Below, piece by piece: positions 1 through 9,295 of a stretch of 64,000 nt of DNA (position 1 is its first letter; every line of letters starts with the position of its first letter). The notes beneath the pieces are model-generated. The model ran no database searches. It was not told the DNA's origin and saw only the letters and a list, made by a program, of their open reading frames with translations. The DNA is from an uncultured Ruminococcus sp. GTDB taxonomy: Bacteria; Bacillota; Clostridia; Oscillospirales; CAG-272. Both the position numbers and the translations under genes were made by a program. The stretch covers positions 16,853 to 80,852 of the forward strand of contig CAZLED010000002.1 in NCBI GenBank assembly GCA_964558485.1. The letters are read 5' to 3'.

Positions 1-213
1 CGCATCAAAATCCTTGTCCTCGTGCAGCAGCTTGATCACGACCCGTTTACCGCTTGCCAACCGCACGGACAGAATGCTCTTGACCTGCTGTTCACGGTCG
101 TCGTTTTTGATGTAGTGGATGTATGCCGTTTGTTCCCCGAAAGCGGTGTCCAGTCCATAGATAGCAAGAATGGATCGGATATCCACCTCCGGTAGTGCTT
201 GTTTTTCTTTCAT
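1..213 (-). CDS. Phosphotransferase (APH/kinase-like) family protein. Only the N-terminal 71 codons are present; the gene runs off the left window edge.
   Basis: ATG at 213-211 follows GGAGAAATATT. The frame MKEKQALPEVDIRSILAIYGLDTAFGEQTAYIHYIKNDDREQQVKSILSVRLASGKRVVIKLLHEDKDFDA stays open to base 1. It is absent from the ORF track because there is no stop in the window. The N-terminal layout ending in a V-I-K strand resembles aminoglycoside/kinase-like phosphotransferases. Confidence 0.4.
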   Translation of the reverse strand, partial: MKEKQALPEVDIRSILAIYGLDTAFGEQTAYIHYIKNDDREQQVKSILSVRLASGKRVVIKLLHEDKDFDA

Positions 214-256
214 AATATTTCTCCAAAATCGTGGTTTTCCAGCGTGGGCATCGGTG

Positions 257-1528
257 TCAGCGCAGCTCGGTCGGCAGCTTTCTTTGGGCTTCGGTCAGCT
301 CCTGTTCCAGCACATCGGCAAAGCGCTGTATGGGTCCTGCCAAGGTTTCGGCATAGTCCATGACCGCTTGGTCGTCCTTGTATCGCTGTGGTGCCCGGCG
401 AACCGTAAGCGCATACGACAGCACAGCCGGATCGGGACAAAGGTCGTTTTCCAGTGCCCATTCGGCAGCAGCGGTTTTGGCGATGATCGCACCGGTGCGT
501 AGGGTATAGATACAGCGAGCCGTGTCCAGCAGCCAACCAAAGCTGTACAGGCTTCGGCCCGTGTGGGTACAGTACTGCCGGATCGTTTCATAGTGCCGCC
601 GGACATCGGTGTACAGCTCATGAAACGTGGGACGTGCCAGTGCTTGTCGAACATCCTCGCCGTGCAGAAGAATACCGCTGTCCAATAGCTGCATCCTGCC
701 AAAGCTGTCCAGGACATACCGATCCGTGATCCGTTCGCCGCTGGTCCCCCAATAGACGACCGGGGTAGGTGTGCCCCGGTCAGGATCCCCTCGAACCAAG
801 GCATCCAGCGGCAGGATACCACCTTCCATGGAACGATAGTAGGAATTGCGCTGCTCTTGGGACAGCATCGTCTGCCGCAGTCCCACCAGGTGCGCCGCCT
901 GTGCTTCGGTGAGCGGCCGCCTTGTCAAAACCAGCATATCGATGTCGCTCCAGCCCAGCCGGAAATCGTCCAGGGCACAGGAGCCGTACAAATATATAGT
1001 AGGCTCGTTGTCGGCAAGGATCTGGCAGATTTTTTGCACCATGGCGTTGATGGCAAGCTGGCGGCCTTTTCGTTCGGCCCCGGTGGGATGGTGCACGAAT
1101 ACCTGATTGGGGTAACCGAATTCCTCGACCAGCGCATCGGGCACAAAGCCGAACTTTTCGTAGAGCGCTCTGGGGGCTGTCCCCTTGGGGTCGTCTGCCC
1201 GAAAGGTCGAGACGGAGATCTCCTTGGTCCGATCCAGCTGGGCAAGGGCTTCCTCCAGGAGCATGGACGCTACCCCACGCCGCCGGTATGCCGGAGCGAC
1301 TACCAGACAGCAGATCCTATTGTGTCCCCGGGAAAACAGCAGTACACCGGCCAGGGTTGTCCCATCCTTGACGCAGATCGCCTGCCGTTTTTCCATGAAG
1401 CGCAGAACGGTGGCACGGTGCTCGTCCAGTGCTTCCGCAGTCTCCAGTCCCGGAAAATTCCATCGTACTTCGGTCACCAGCGCCATCCAGGGTCCGATAT
1501 CGGTCGGTACGCCATAACAGAGCTGCAT
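257..1528 (-). CDS. GNAT N-acetyltransferase fused to an AadA-like nucleotidyltransferase (ANT)
   Basis: From ORF 257..1561, with the start moved to ATG 1528, which has GAGAAGGTGAGACC upstream (no SD before 1561). The N-half carries the GNAT acetyl-CoA motif ICCLVVAPAYRRRGVASMLLEEA. The C-half carries the minimal nucleotidyltransferase motif IYLYGSCALDDFRLGWSDIDMLVL (G-S...D-x-D), followed by a helical AadA-type C-domain. Confidence 0.7.
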   Translation of the reverse strand: MQLCYGVPTDIGPWMALVTEVRWNFPGLETAEALDEHRATVLRFMEKRQAICVKDGTTLAGVLLFSRGHNRICCLVVAPAYRRRGVASMLLEEALAQLDRTKEISVSTFRADDPKGTAPRALYEKFGFVPDALVEEFGYPNQVFVHHPTGAERKGRQLAINAMVQKICQILADNEPTIYLYGSCALDDFRLGWSDIDMLVLTRRPLTEAQAAHLVGLRQTMLSQEQRNSYYRSMEGGILPLDALVRGDPDRGTPTPVVYWGTSGERITDRYVLDSFGRMQLLDSGILLHGEDVRQALARPTFHELYTDVRRHYETIRQYCTHTGRSLYSFGWLLDTARCIYTLRTGAIIAKTAAAEWALENDLCPDPAVLSYALTVRRAPQRYKDDQAVMDYAETLAGPIQRFADVLEQELTEAQRKLPTELR

Positions 1529-1631
1529 GGTCTCACCTTCTCTTTCTTTTTGTGTAGACAAAAACAGACGACATCGCCAAAAAGTACGATGCCGCCTGTT
1601 TGGTGGTGGATATGCGGATTGCCAAAATCGA

Positions 1632-3158
1632 TCAGTCGTTCAGCGCCATAACGGCATCCAGGATCTCCGTCACGGCCTTTTCCACCTTGCTGCGGTTGGA
1701 GGCTTCCTGAGAGGCATAGTTGAACGTAGAGGCTACACCAATATTCTGCAGGAAGGACTGCATACCGGTGGAGCTGTTGAAGGCAAAGGAAATATCGAAG
1801 TTCCGGGAACCAAAGATGATGTCCAGCATTTCGCCGGAGTTGGTGTCCCGGGCATTGCGCAGGGTCAGGGTGTAGTCGTAGTACGCCGGCATGATGGTGT
1901 CGTGGGCGTACATCTGGTAGGCTTCGGTGATCAGACCCACACGCTTGGTGTCGCCACAGGTCTTGGGCACGGAGATGGCGTCCGCATTGTTGTACTGGAA
2001 GGTGGAGTAGTAGCCTTCCTGTGCCGGGTCTACCTTGGGGAAGGGCAGGATCCCGAAGTCCGACTGCATATCGCCGCCCACCAGGGTCACGGTGCCCAGG
2101 TGGCTCATGAAGAAGCCGATCTTATCCGACATGAACAGGTTGCGGAATTCGACCCAGTTGTCCTTGTATTCCCCGGCCCGGTTACAGTTCAGGATGTGGT
2201 CGCCGCTGTTCAGGAAGCTGTGGATCTGCTCCATGGCGTCCACCACACGGCTGTCTGCCATATTGTAGGTATACGATCCGTCCGGCTGGATCTCGATGAG
2301 CTTTTCTCCGCCACCAAGCAGCAGCGGCAGCGTCACTTCGTCCTGCAGAGCGATGCCGAACACATCCACGCCCCAGGTCATTTGACCGTCGCCGTCGGTG
2401 TCCTGTGCGATCTGCTGGCCATAGGTGTTGAGTCGATCCAGGGTCCAGGCGCCTTCCTTGACGGTGCCGTACAGATCTGTGATCCCGGCATTGGCAGTCA
2501 GCGCCTTATTGAACAGCACCACCCACGTGGCCTTCTTGCCGTTGAGCTGTCCGTCGCCGATGCCAAAGTAGATCCGGTCACCGATGGAGATGCCTTCGAT
2601 GGATGTAGAATCCCACCAGGCCTTGGAGAAATCGATGTAGTCCATGTCGGACAGATTCAGCAGGTAGCCCTGGATCACCAGCTGGCTTTGGTTCTGGGTG
2701 TGATCCTGGAACAGATCGAAGGTGTCGTCGCCGCTCTGGATCAGCTTCTTGGCGGTGTTCAGCCGGTCGGTCACCTGCATTTCCTGCACCTTGACGCCAA
2801 ACCGATCCAGGATCGCCAGGTTCCGTTCGAACACCGCATCGTTGATCCGTTCGCCGTTGAGCTCCTCGGTGTACACGTCCCAGGTCTGCCAGGATACGGA
2901 TTCGCCGGTGCGGTCTCGATACAGCACCACAAAATCGGTGCCGTCGTAGTCCTTCATGTCCGTGGGCAGATCATCCTTTTCGGCAGGGTCCTCGGTTTCT
3001 GCCGTCTCGATGGTTTCTGTACTGCCGGACCCATTGTTGCCGTTGCCAGTCGTTTCCTCGTTTCCTGCTTCTGTCGTACCACAGCCAGCCGCCGTAAGCA
3101 GCAGTGCCGCAAGCAGCAGTGCCGCAAGCAGCAGGGAAGTCCACATTCGTTTACGCAT
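1632..3158 (-). CDS. Extracellular solute-binding lipoprotein (large ~500-aa sugar-type SBP), paralogue 1 of 5
   Basis: SD AGGAGG before ATG 3158. Signal peptide with lipobox LLTAAGC. Conserved blocks shared with the other copies: FSKAWW, DTDGDGQMT, DFGILPFPK. Confidence 0.85.
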   Translation of the reverse strand: MRKRMWTSLLLAALLLAALLLTAAGCGTTEAGNEETTGNGNNGSGSTETIETAETEDPAEKDDLPTDMKDYDGTDFVVLYRDRTGESVSWQTWDVYTEELNGERINDAVFERNLAILDRFGVKVQEMQVTDRLNTAKKLIQSGDDTFDLFQDHTQNQSQLVIQGYLLNLSDMDYIDFSKAWWDSTSIEGISIGDRIYFGIGDGQLNGKKATWVVLFNKALTANAGITDLYGTVKEGAWTLDRLNTYGQQIAQDTDGDGQMTWGVDVFGIALQDEVTLPLLLGGGEKLIEIQPDGSYTYNMADSRVVDAMEQIHSFLNSGDHILNCNRAGEYKDNWVEFRNLFMSDKIGFFMSHLGTVTLVGGDMQSDFGILPFPKVDPAQEGYYSTFQYNNADAISVPKTCGDTKRVGLITEAYQMYAHDTIMPAYYDYTLTLRNARDTNSGEMLDIIFGSRNFDISFAFNSSTGMQSFLQNIGVASTFNYASQEASNRSKVEKAVTEILDAVMALND

Positions 3159-3247
3159 ACCAATACCTCCTGAAATGAAATGATCTTGTCAGAAACACAG
3201 GGATGCGCCGATCCCATGAAGGCCCCGGCACATCCCTGACTTTGTCT

Positions 3248-5437
3248 TTATTCCTTCACGATGTGCAGTACAGCCGTGTTGTAGTCGCCGCCGACCCGGA
3301 TGGGCAGACCGGCACGCATGATGGTGTCGCCGTGGAGATGCATGGTTTCCTTCAGTCCATCGCCTTCTACGGTGTACAGGGCATCGGCCACCAGTCCCTT
3401 GGGATATACCCGGTGCTGGGCGTGCATCAGGTGCCGGATGATCACAAAGGTCACCAGTGCTTCGCTGCCATCCTCGGTCACATATTCCCAGGCGCAGTGG
3501 GTGCCGTTCTTTTCAAAGGGACTTGCCAGACGGTAGTAGTCGCCCCAGTTCACTAAGCTGTAGTACTTGGTGTAGTCGGCGACCTGCTTTTTCACCATGG
3601 CCTTTTCGTCATCCGTCAGCTTGTTCAGGTCCAGCTCGTAGCCAAAGGCACCTGCCATGGCCACGTCTCCTCTGGTCTTGAAGGAAGAGATACGGCCGGT
3701 CTGGTGGTTGGGTACAGCGGAAACGTGGGCCGACATGGAGGACGCCGGGAACACGTGTGCCGTGCCCCACTGGATGAAGCAGCGGTCGATGGCGTCGGAG
3801 TTGTCGCTGGTCCAGAACTGGGGAGAATAGTACAGCATACCGGCATCGTACCGTCCACCACCGCCGGAGCAGCCTTCCAGCAGCAGATCCGGGAAAGCGG
3901 TCAGCAGCCGTTCCATCAGGTCATATACGCCCAGCACATACCGGTGGAAGAATTCCTTCTGTCTTTCCGGCGGCAGCAGGGCAGAACCGGCTTCGGTGAT
4001 GTTCCGGTTGAAGTCCCACTTCACGTAGGCGATATTGGCACTGGACAGAATATCGGTCATCTGCGCCAGAATGTTGTCCCGCACATCGGCTCTGGTCATA
4101 TCCAGCACGCACTGCCGCCGACCCAGGGAACGCTCTCTGCCTTCTACATGGATGCACCAGTCGGGATGGGCTCTGTACAGGTCGGAATCGGGAGAGATCA
4201 TCTCCGGCTCGAACCAGATACCGAACTTGAGCCCCAGGGCATTCACGCGTTCTACCAGGGGCTTCAGACCGCCTTTGAGCTTGTCGGTGTTCACGAACCA
4301 GTCGCCCAGAGAGCAGTTGTCGGAGTTGCGCACGCCGAACCAGCCGTCGTCCATGACCAGCATTTCGATCCCCAGCTCTGCTGCATCCTTGGCGATGGAC
4401 ACCAGCTTGTCGTCGTCAAAGCCAAAGTAGGTGGCTTCCCAGTTGTTCACCAGAATGGGACGGCGTGTGGTCTTCCAGGGGCCACGGCACACGTGCTCCC
4501 GAATGATCTTGTGGAACTGCCGGGACATACCACCCATACCCTCGGCAGAATAGACTGCCAGCACTTCCGGGGTCGTAAAGGTCTCACCGGGGGTCAGATG
4601 CCAGCCGAAGTCGTCGGGATTGATACCGCACAGCAGCCGGGTCTCCCCAAAGGTGTCTACCTCGCACTCCATGGCAAAGTTGCCGGAATACAGCATGGTG
4701 AAGCCGTATACGTCACCGGTCTCCTCGCCGCTGCCGGACTGAGCCAGTGCTACAAAGGGCGTATGGTTGTGGGAAGAGGAGCCACGCTTGGAAGCAATGG
4801 ACTGATAGCCATGGTGGAGCGGATACCGTTCCAGCTGCCGTTCCTTGGCCCAGGCGCCGTACAGGTGTACAAAGTCAAAATCGTCCCGGTAGAAGTCGAA
4901 GCCGGCAGACAGGGCACGTTCGATCTCGATGTCGTCTACGGACTTGTTGGTGATCCGTGCGCTGCGGGCAATGGCATCGTATTTGGGGAATACGGAGTAG
5001 GACAGCACCACGATGGCACCCCACAGGCTGTCCTCCATGGTGATCTCCAGGGTCTGGCATTCGGTGTCGTCCCCATAGGAAGCCGGCATACCGGGCAGTG
5101 CCTTTTTGCCGTTGAAGATCTCATGGGACACATACTTCAGTGTGGTGGCCGAGTTGCCGGTCTTGCCCCGAAGCGAGATAGCAGAGATCCGGCAGTCACC
5201 GGTGCCATTGGTGGGATATTCCTGCAGCCGGGCGTCCAGGGAGTACCAGCTTTCCGGCACAGAGGCAGAGAAGGAGGCGTTTTGCGTCCAGGGCTGCAGA
5301 TAGTCCAGCGCTTCGTCGGATATGGTGCTGCCCCAATAGGAGTGGAACAGATAGCCATGCTTGGCAATGGCCATAACATAGGTGGAATGGTCGGTGTCCA
5401 GACGGAAGGTCTTGGTGGATTCGTTATACTGGATCAT
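3248..5437 (-). CDS. Alpha-galactosidase, glycoside hydrolase family 36
   Basis: 729 aa. GH36 hallmarks present: MDDGWFG, YVKWDFNRNITE, LLEGCSGGGGRYD. SD AAGGAG upstream. Confidence 0.9.
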   Translation of the reverse strand: MIQYNESTKTFRLDTDHSTYVMAIAKHGYLFHSYWGSTISDEALDYLQPWTQNASFSASVPESWYSLDARLQEYPTNGTGDCRISAISLRGKTGNSATTLKYVSHEIFNGKKALPGMPASYGDDTECQTLEITMEDSLWGAIVVLSYSVFPKYDAIARSARITNKSVDDIEIERALSAGFDFYRDDFDFVHLYGAWAKERQLERYPLHHGYQSIASKRGSSSHNHTPFVALAQSGSGEETGDVYGFTMLYSGNFAMECEVDTFGETRLLCGINPDDFGWHLTPGETFTTPEVLAVYSAEGMGGMSRQFHKIIREHVCRGPWKTTRRPILVNNWEATYFGFDDDKLVSIAKDAAELGIEMLVMDDGWFGVRNSDNCSLGDWFVNTDKLKGGLKPLVERVNALGLKFGIWFEPEMISPDSDLYRAHPDWCIHVEGRERSLGRRQCVLDMTRADVRDNILAQMTDILSSANIAYVKWDFNRNITEAGSALLPPERQKEFFHRYVLGVYDLMERLLTAFPDLLLEGCSGGGGRYDAGMLYYSPQFWTSDNSDAIDRCFIQWGTAHVFPASSMSAHVSAVPNHQTGRISSFKTRGDVAMAGAFGYELDLNKLTDDEKAMVKKQVADYTKYYSLVNWGDYYRLASPFEKNGTHCAWEYVTEDGSEALVTFVIIRHLMHAQHRVYPKGLVADALYTVEGDGLKETMHLHGDTIMRAGLPIRVGGDYNTAVLHIVKE

Positions 5438-5476
5438 GAGAATAAACTCCTTGTAGGATAGTATTTTTTGTGTTTT

Positions 5477-7123
5477 TTATTGCTGTGCTTCCATAGTTAC
5501 GGTGAGCTGTACTTCTTTGCCCGGCACCGGTGTCAGCGTGAAGTCCACATACCGGGACTGGCGCAGGGTCACCGTTTCGTAGGGCACCGCCACGCCATCA
5601 GCCGTCACACCAGTGCAGGTCGTGCCTTGCGGCAACAGGATATGTCCCTCGATCCGGCGGCTGGGCACGTGCAGGACGTAGGTCATGGTGTCGGCACTGC
5701 GTTCCCAGCCGTAGGCGACCAGAATGCCGCTGTCCGCATAGCCGGTGTAGTATTCCATTTTGGTGTAATCGGTCACAGCCCAACGAGGAGAGAAGCCCAG
5801 CACATCGTACTGCACACCTCTGTCCTCCAGGCCGGCCAGTCCTTCTTCGATGGCACAGAGGATCTCCGCCGCACCCCAGCCCACGGGACCGCCGTTGACG
5901 TCTGCCCCGTCCACCGGATCGTACATGAAGAAGATCTTGCCGTCCTTTTCTGCCAGAGACCGGAGCCGGCACAGAATGTCCCAGCCATAGGCCTCGTAGC
6001 CATGCCGGAAAGCAGCCAATGCCAGCTGTCCTGCCGCCACAGAGGAAATGGAGCCGTTGATGTAGGTGCCGCCGGGATAGGTGCCAAAGGTGGGATACGG
6101 CGGATCCAACGTGAACCACTCGGCAAAGGTGTGCCCGTCCCGGCGCCGGATGTATTCGTCCAGAATGGAGCAGGCCTGTTCGTGGCTGGTGGCACCCCGG
6201 TTGATGCTGTGGCATTCGGACAAAGAGAGCATTTCTTCCTCCGGCATCTCTTGGCCACTGTGGTTCAGGTGCAGGTTGTGGGTGTAGATCCTGCCGTTCC
6301 ACAGGTGGCGATCGATATTGGCCCGCAAGGTATCCGCACGGGTCTCCCAGGCGGCGGCAGCATCGTCTTCTCCAAAAATACGGCGCATCCGGGCAAGGGT
6401 CTTCATGGCAGCATAGGTACCGGTGTTGTCTCCATAGAACACGGACATGGGCGAATCCGGGTAGATCAGCCGTGGTTTACCAAAATATTTGCCGTGGGTA
6501 AAGTCGAACATATCGATGGAAAATTCCCGTTTCACCAGGCCCAGCGTAGGTTCCCAGCGCTTCTTGTCGGAGGTGCAGTAGTCGATGCCCTTTTCCAGCT
6601 TCGGTAGGATCCAGCGCAGCCAGTCTTTGTCCCCGGTTGCCTGGAACACCTGCCAAGCCCCTTCTACCATGAGAAACTCGATATCCGCTTCCATCTCGAT
6701 CCGACCCAGCGCCAGACCGCCGGGCAGGAACTTTAATAGCTCCGTATCGTGGTCACGGCCGTGTATCTCGGAGACGATATGGCCATCGGTCTCCCGTTGG
6801 AGCATTTCGTAAAAGAAGCCGGTTTCGGTCTGGTGTTTTGCGATGAAGGTGATGTAATCCTTCAGGTGGCTCTCCCAATGCTTGAAGGCTTTGAGCTCGA
6901 AGATGTAGTCTCGCAGCCATTTGGGATTGAGCCGAAGGATCTTGCCGTCCACAAAGGCAGTGAAGGTGTCGAACTCCACCTGCCGTTCCAGCAGACGCAT
7001 AAATCCGTCCAGCGTCAGGGTATCCGGCTCTTTCCCGCTGCCTCGTCTGTGTCCGAAGCCGGGACGTTCGCAGCGTTCCCCGGTGGTGGGGATATGTCCA
7101 TAGGACAGGCTATGCAGTTCCAT
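5477..7123 (-). CDS. Uncharacterised protein, possibly an (alpha/alpha)6-barrel glycosidase with a C-terminal beta-sandwich
   Basis: 548-aa ORF heading the same minus-strand unit as the GH36 and SBP genes. The helical-repeat-like middle and beta-rich tail suggest a six-hairpin GH fold. I recognise no diagnostic motif. Confidence 0.5.
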   Translation of the reverse strand: MELHSLSYGHIPTTGERCERPGFGHRRGSGKEPDTLTLDGFMRLLERQVEFDTFTAFVDGKILRLNPKWLRDYIFELKAFKHWESHLKDYITFIAKHQTETGFFYEMLQRETDGHIVSEIHGRDHDTELLKFLPGGLALGRIEMEADIEFLMVEGAWQVFQATGDKDWLRWILPKLEKGIDYCTSDKKRWEPTLGLVKREFSIDMFDFTHGKYFGKPRLIYPDSPMSVFYGDNTGTYAAMKTLARMRRIFGEDDAAAAWETRADTLRANIDRHLWNGRIYTHNLHLNHSGQEMPEEEMLSLSECHSINRGATSHEQACSILDEYIRRRDGHTFAEWFTLDPPYPTFGTYPGGTYINGSISSVAAGQLALAAFRHGYEAYGWDILCRLRSLAEKDGKIFFMYDPVDGADVNGGPVGWGAAEILCAIEEGLAGLEDRGVQYDVLGFSPRWAVTDYTKMEYYTGYADSGILVAYGWERSADTMTYVLHVPSRRIEGHILLPQGTTCTGVTADGVAVPYETVTLRQSRYVDFTLTPVPGKEVQLTVTMEAQQ

Positions 7124-7214
7124 GGGTGACTCCTTTCTATGGAGCGATGTTTTCCTCTGTTACAGTATACTAAAAAATCCACAAAAAAGCAAGAGGTTTT
7201 CCAGAAATCATGAT

Positions 7215-7250
7215 CAAAAAAAGAGAACCCCTTTTGTGGGAGTCCTCTTT
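7215..7250 (-). terminator. Rho-independent terminator after the Na/Pi transporter gene
   Basis: On the minus strand: AAAGAGGACTCCC-acaaaa-GGGGTTCTCTTT followed by TTTTTT. Stem is imperfect. Confidence 0.5.
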
Positions 7251-7254
7251 GGTT

Positions 7255-9012
7255 TCAGATCATATACTTCTTCGCATAGGCGTGGTACTGCTTCCGGAAG
7301 TCTTCGCTGTCTTCCTTGACCTCTCGGGTGGTCTGGTGCAGGTTCATGTTGTTCTGCGCCACGTCGATGATGCAGGCCGCAATGTTGGAGCAGTGGTCCG
7401 AGGTGCGTTCCAGGTTCGTCAGCATATCCGACCATACAAAGCCGGTCTCGATGCTGCAGCCGCCCTGCTGCAAACGGATCATGTGCCGTGTCCGCATGGT
7501 CTCCTTCAGATCGTCGATGACCTGTTCCAGAGGCTCCACCGCACGGGCCGCTTCCAGATCGTTGTCCGTGAAGGCACGCAGGGTCAGGGAAATGATCTCC
7601 TGGATGGCTTCACTGATCACAGCCAGCTCTCCGGAGGCCGCTTCCGACAGGTTCAGCTTCTTGGTACGCAGCTCCTCTGCCGATTCCACCAGGTCTACCC
7701 CATGGTCGGAGATCCGCTCGAAGTCCCCGATGATCTTCAGTAGCTTTGTGGCTTCTGCACTGTCCCGGTCGCCGATCTGCCGGGCACTGAGCTTCACCAG
7801 ATAGGTACCGATCACGTCTTCGTAAATATCCGTCTTTTCTTCGTTATCTCTCGCATATTGTGCCAGCTCCGGATTGTAGCTGCCCAGGGAACGCACACCG
7901 GACAGCAGTGCCGCCGCCGCACTTTGTGCCATATCCATGGCCACATTGTGACATTGTTCCAGCGCCACCGTCGGCGTAGCCAGCAGACGTTCGTCCAGCT
8001 CCACACGCTTTTCGGCTTCCTTTGCCACGTCCTCCGGCGTATCCGGGATCAGCTTGTACACAAACTTTTCCAGCAGCCCCGACATGGGTAGCAGCAGAGA
8101 TACCTTTGCCATACTGATCACGGAATGGCAGATGGCGACCCCTAAATAATCCGTTGCGGTGTCCAGGAATGCCGGGGCAAAAATGGCGTCCAGCAGCATG
8201 AACAGGATCAGATACACACAGGTACCGATGATGTTGAACCACAGATGCACCTGTGCCGCACGCTTGGCGTTTTTGCTGGTGCCGATGGAGGACAGCAGCG
8301 CCGTCACCGTGGTACCGATCTGCTGACCCATGATGATCGGGATCGCTGCACCAAAGGACACAAAGCCCGTGGTGGTCAGCGCCTGCAGGATACCCACCGA
8401 GGCCGAGGAGGACTGGATCAGTGCCGTAAGCAGCGCACCGGCCAGCATACCTAAGAAGGGGTTCTTGAACATGATAAAGAGCTTCTGGAAGGCCGGCACC
8501 TCACCCAGACCGGACACAGCCCCGGACATGGTGTCCATACCAAACATCAATACCGCAAAGCCTAAGAAGATCAGCCCCAGATCCTTGTGCTTGCTGTTGG
8601 AGATGAACATATAGAGAATGATACCGATCAGCGCCAGAATGGGGGTAAAGGACGAAGGCTTGAGCAGCTGCAATACAAAGCTGCCGCTGCCGATACCACC
8701 CAGTGACAGGATCCAGGCGGTCACGGTGGTACCAATGTTGGCACCCATGATCACGTTGATGGCCTGCTTCAGGGTCATCAGACTGGAGTTGACAAAGCCC
8801 ACCACCATAACGGTCGTGGCCGATGAGGATTGGATGATGGCTGTGACTGCAAGACCGGTCAGCATACCGGCAAATTTGTTGGTGGTCAGCGTTGCCAGAA
8901 GAGACTGCATTCTGTTTCCTGCGCAGCGTTCCAGCGCCTGTCCCATGATGTTCATACCGAACAGGAACAGACATAGACCACCGATCATGGTCAGCACGTC
9001 AAAAATGTCCAT
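7255..9012 (-). CDS. Na+/phosphate cotransporter (NptA family) with C-terminal PhoU-like domain
   Basis: 585 aa. Duplicated Na/Pi-cotransporter repeats (GGLCLFLFGMNIMG, IQSSSATTVM / IQSSSASVGI) followed by a soluble helical PhoU-type tail. Confidence 0.9.
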   Translation of the reverse strand: MDIFDVLTMIGGLCLFLFGMNIMGQALERCAGNRMQSLLATLTTNKFAGMLTGLAVTAIIQSSSATTVMVVGFVNSSLMTLKQAINVIMGANIGTTVTAWILSLGGIGSGSFVLQLLKPSSFTPILALIGIILYMFISNSKHKDLGLIFLGFAVLMFGMDTMSGAVSGLGEVPAFQKLFIMFKNPFLGMLAGALLTALIQSSSASVGILQALTTTGFVSFGAAIPIIMGQQIGTTVTALLSSIGTSKNAKRAAQVHLWFNIIGTCVYLILFMLLDAIFAPAFLDTATDYLGVAICHSVISMAKVSLLLPMSGLLEKFVYKLIPDTPEDVAKEAEKRVELDERLLATPTVALEQCHNVAMDMAQSAAAALLSGVRSLGSYNPELAQYARDNEEKTDIYEDVIGTYLVKLSARQIGDRDSAEATKLLKIIGDFERISDHGVDLVESAEELRTKKLNLSEAASGELAVISEAIQEIISLTLRAFTDNDLEAARAVEPLEQVIDDLKETMRTRHMIRLQQGGCSIETGFVWSDMLTNLERTSDHCSNIAACIIDVAQNNMNLHQTTREVKEDSEDFRKQYHAYAKKYMI

Positions 9013-9223
9013 GCAAAATTTTCTCCTTTGAATTTCTTCTTTTTCTTCATTTTTCTTTCATATTTCGCCACCATATATTGTACCCAATCTGTGGGGAAAT
9101 TGCAATAGGTTTTTCCAAAATTTCTGTTTCTGCCCTGCGATTTTACATGGATTTTCCAAAACCATGGTGGCAGGACACCTGGGAATGCTTCGATGGATGC
9201 TTGGGCAATTTGTATCCAAAAGT

Positions 9224-9258
9224 AAAAACCGACCGGGACAAAGAACCCGATCGGTCTT
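9224..9258 (-). terminator. Rho-independent terminator after the Gfo/Idh/MocA gene
   Basis: On the minus strand: CCGATCGGG-ttctttgt-CCCGGTCGG followed by TTTTTACTTTT. Confidence 0.5.
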
Positions 9259-9295
9259 GGATTGGTGTATATACGTGTGGTTCGGTGGGCAAGGC

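Noticed and set aside
7255-9012. Two phosphate uptake systems in one window (NptA-PhoU here and Pit+DUF47 at 39241-40923). Considered as something unusual.
   Set aside because: Redundant low-affinity phosphate transporters are common in Firmicutes, and both loci look ordinary.
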